In this document: positions 4,943-6,056 of the stretch, piece after piece
Layout: the number at the start of each line of letters is the position of its first letter
Numbering within the stretch: position 1 is the stretch's first letter
Assembly (NCBI RefSeq): GCF_000237865.1
Contig: NC_017458.1
Coordinates: 1 to 6,056 of the forward strand
Reading direction: 5' to 3'
DNA length: 6,056 bases
Origin: Haloquadratum walsbyi C23
Lineage (GTDB): Archaea > Halobacteriota > Halobacteria > Halobacteriales > Haloferacaceae
Made by a program: the position numbers and the translations under genes
The notes under the pieces: generated by a model
Seen by the model: the letters and a program-made list of their open reading frames with translations, nothing else
Database searches by the model: none
What the model was told of the DNA's origin: nothing

Positions 4943-5569
4943 TTAGATCAGGTCGGAATAATCGAAGTCTACCGCCTCGTCATCATTCTCATTCAATCCA
5001 ACGTCGAGACCGAGATCGGCGAGTACGTCATTTGCTTTTGTGAACGCCTCGTCAAATATCCGAGAATCAATCACCGCTGTCGGATGCTGTAATCCATCCT
5101 GATCAACGACCTCTCCAACACGGTCGCTAAACCGTCCGTGGTTTTTCTGGACACGTCGCCACTTGCGGTCGAATGTCGCGTTAATCTTCAACAGTTGCCC
5201 AAGCCCGTTAATATCAATCTCGTCGCCTTGTACCATGACCTCAGGACCACCACGACCGCCCATTGTTGTCCGTCGTTGCTGTAATTCAATCGTGCCGATA
5301 TGGTCCGTTGTCCACAGACTCGCATGCTCAGATCGCAGTATGATCGGTCGAATGTCCAGCAAAAACGAGTCGAGGCGAGACTTGAGTAACTCGGCACCGT
5401 CGGCATTACTCAAGTTGCCCGTGCGTACCGAGGACCGAATTTCATGTCGTGCAGTGATGTACCCATGTCTCAGATTGAGTATCTCTTTAATCCGCTTTTT
5501 CTGCACTACGTTGTCGTCGTCCGTTAGTGAGAGGCTTGTACTGTCGGCGTCGTCTTTCGTGCCCGACAT
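4943..5569 (-). CDS. Hypothetical acidic protein (208 aa), no motif recognised
   Basis: ATG start at 5567..5569 and TAA stop at 4943..4945, only 2 nt before the ATPase ATG, which suggests an operon and translational coupling. Composition is acidic with C/G-ending codons. It has a Gly-rich MGGRGGPE segment and an acidic aromatic C-terminus, DEAVDFDYSDLI. Confidence 0.85.
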   Translation of the reverse strand: MSGTKDDADSTSLSLTDDDNVVQKKRIKEILNLRHGYITARHEIRSSVRTGNLSNADGAELLKSRLDSFLLDIRPIILRSEHASLWTTDHIGTIELQQRRTTMGGRGGPEVMVQGDEIDINGLGQLLKINATFDRKWRRVQKNHGRFSDRVGEVVDQDGLQHPTAVIDSRIFDEAFTKANDVLADLGLDVGLNENDDEAVDFDYSDLI

Positions 5570-5606
5570 GTCTGCATATCTTTTGTGTATTCATTTGTAT
5601 GCACGG

Positions 5607-5969
5607 TTATACCAGATTTATGATGAGTAGCGATATGAGTAAGAATGTGATCACGGCACCACCGGCTATCTGCACTGTTCTGTCCGCTCGGTTAATGTCG
5701 TTGTACTGTCCCCTCAGTGGCTCGTCTTTGAGTATATCTGGCTTCGTGTCAGTCTCCTCAGAGGCGTCGTTATCTAACCGTGAGAGTATCTCATCGAGGT
5801 CATCCTGTATGTTCTCGACGCTTGCCTCGTCGTCGTCAGTATGATCGAGCCCTCGTCGAACTAACCGACGCATTGCTTCCGCCTCAGAGATATTATGCTC
5901 GTCCTGATATTCCTCGACTCGCCTCGCGTCGTCGGCATCGAGTCGTGTCTGATACTGTTGTCTTACCAT
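5607..5969 (-). CDS. Ribbon-helix-helix (CopG/Arc/MetJ-like) DNA-binding protein with acidic linker and C-terminal transmembrane tail anchor
   Basis: The N-terminus VRQQYQTRLDADDARRVEEYQDEHNISEAEAMRRLVRRGL fits a beta-strand, helix, turn, helix RHH pattern (nt approx. 5847..5963). A D/E-rich linker of about 55 aa follows. The extreme C-terminus TVQIAGGAVITFLLISLLIINLV is one hydrophobic helix (nt approx. 5610..5678). It is the first gene of the reverse module. Confidence 0.85.
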   Translation of the reverse strand: MVRQQYQTRLDADDARRVEEYQDEHNISEAEAMRRLVRRGLDHTDDDEASVENIQDDLDEILSRLDNDASEETDTKPDILKDEPLRGQYNDINRADRTVQIAGGAVITFLLISLLIINLV

Positions 5970-5988
5970 ATCTCTTACCTCTCACTGT

Positions 5989-6002
5989 ATACATATGTAT
6001 TC
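5989..6002 (-). promoter_or_regulatory. Candidate TATA-like promoter element (12-bp palindrome ATACATATGTAT) for the reverse module
   Basis: The perfect palindrome at 5989..6000 lies at -20 to -31 from the ATG at 5969. That position suits a leaderless or short-leader archaeal transcript. The minus strand reads GAATACATATGTATAC. A GAGAGG stretch nearer the ATG could alternatively act as a weak Shine-Dalgarno. Confidence 0.35.
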
Positions 6003-6056
6003 AACGATACGACAAACAACGTAAATACTGACTGACCAATTCGATACCTGTCGAAA

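Larger units (their letters stand above)
1..6056. mobile_element. Probable complete (linearised) small haloarchaeal plasmid / virus-related replicon
   Basis: There are two convergent gene modules with no housekeeping genes. Both ends of the window are non-coding (1..376 and 5970..6056) and would join into a single divergent intergenic region of about 463 bp. The proteins are acidic, CTAG is absent, and there is a virus-type P-loop NTPase. From memory, size and layout resemble the approx. 6-kb PL6-family plasmids of Haloquadratum walsbyi; this was not verified by any search. Confidence 0.5.

Noticed and set aside
3858-5844. Plus-strand ORFs antisense to the reverse module (3858..4169, 3890..4075, 4081..4419, 4166..4495, 5163..5630, 5527..5844), the nested minus-strand ORF 5188..5406, and the plus-strand ORF 5780..6031, which lies partly beyond this span
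   Set aside because: All are Ser/Cys/Arg-rich, non-acidic and overlap confident genes, so they read as shadow ORFs of the real genes.
4110-5969. Type Ib partition (ParA plus RHH ParG-like) or RHH-antitoxin/toxin reading of the reverse operon
   Set aside because: The ATPase Walker A (ASTGVGKT) lacks the deviant KGGxxK signature of ParA/ParF. The RHH protein carries a membrane anchor and is not adjacent to the ATPase. The 208-aa protein downstream of the RHH gene shows no toxin motif I recognise. Neither reading is excluded, but neither is supported.

Overview
The window looks like a compact, gene-dense haloarchaeal extrachromosomal element. The clear proteins are strongly acidic (D/E-rich), most codons end in C/G, and the tetramer CTAG is absent. 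I call six confident CDSs in two convergent modules. The forward module is 377..1273 (HTH plus Cys4 zinc-ribbon protein), start/stop-overlapped (ATGA) with 1270..2979 (569-aa acidic protein with a C-terminal winged-helix-like segment). The reverse module, in transcription order, is 5969..5607 (ribbon-helix-helix protein with a C-terminal transmembrane tail), 5569..4943 (unknown), 4940..4110 (P-loop NTPase with an acidic linker and C-terminal HTH) and 4051..3725 (small acidic protein). Both window ends are non-coding. If joined, they form one divergent control region of about 460 bp, which holds a perfect 12-bp hairpin, a second hairpin and a 10-bp-phased TTGC(A/G)C repeat array. The two modules converge on an ORF-poor, AT-rich region (about 39% G+C by hand count, 3171..3670) that carries small repeats. 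Length, architecture and content match my memory of the roughly 6-kb, virus-related PL6-family plasmids of Haloquadratum walsbyi, so the window may be a whole circular replicon. This is recollection, not a search. The strongest sequence-level observation is about 8-fold over-representation of the palindrome TGATCA (12 copies), with six copies matching at least 9/10 of CCTGATCAGG, spread through genes on both strands. No rRNA, tRNA, CRISPR array, transposase or integrase was recognisable. All functional calls come from motif reading by eye and need HHpred/BLAST confirmation.
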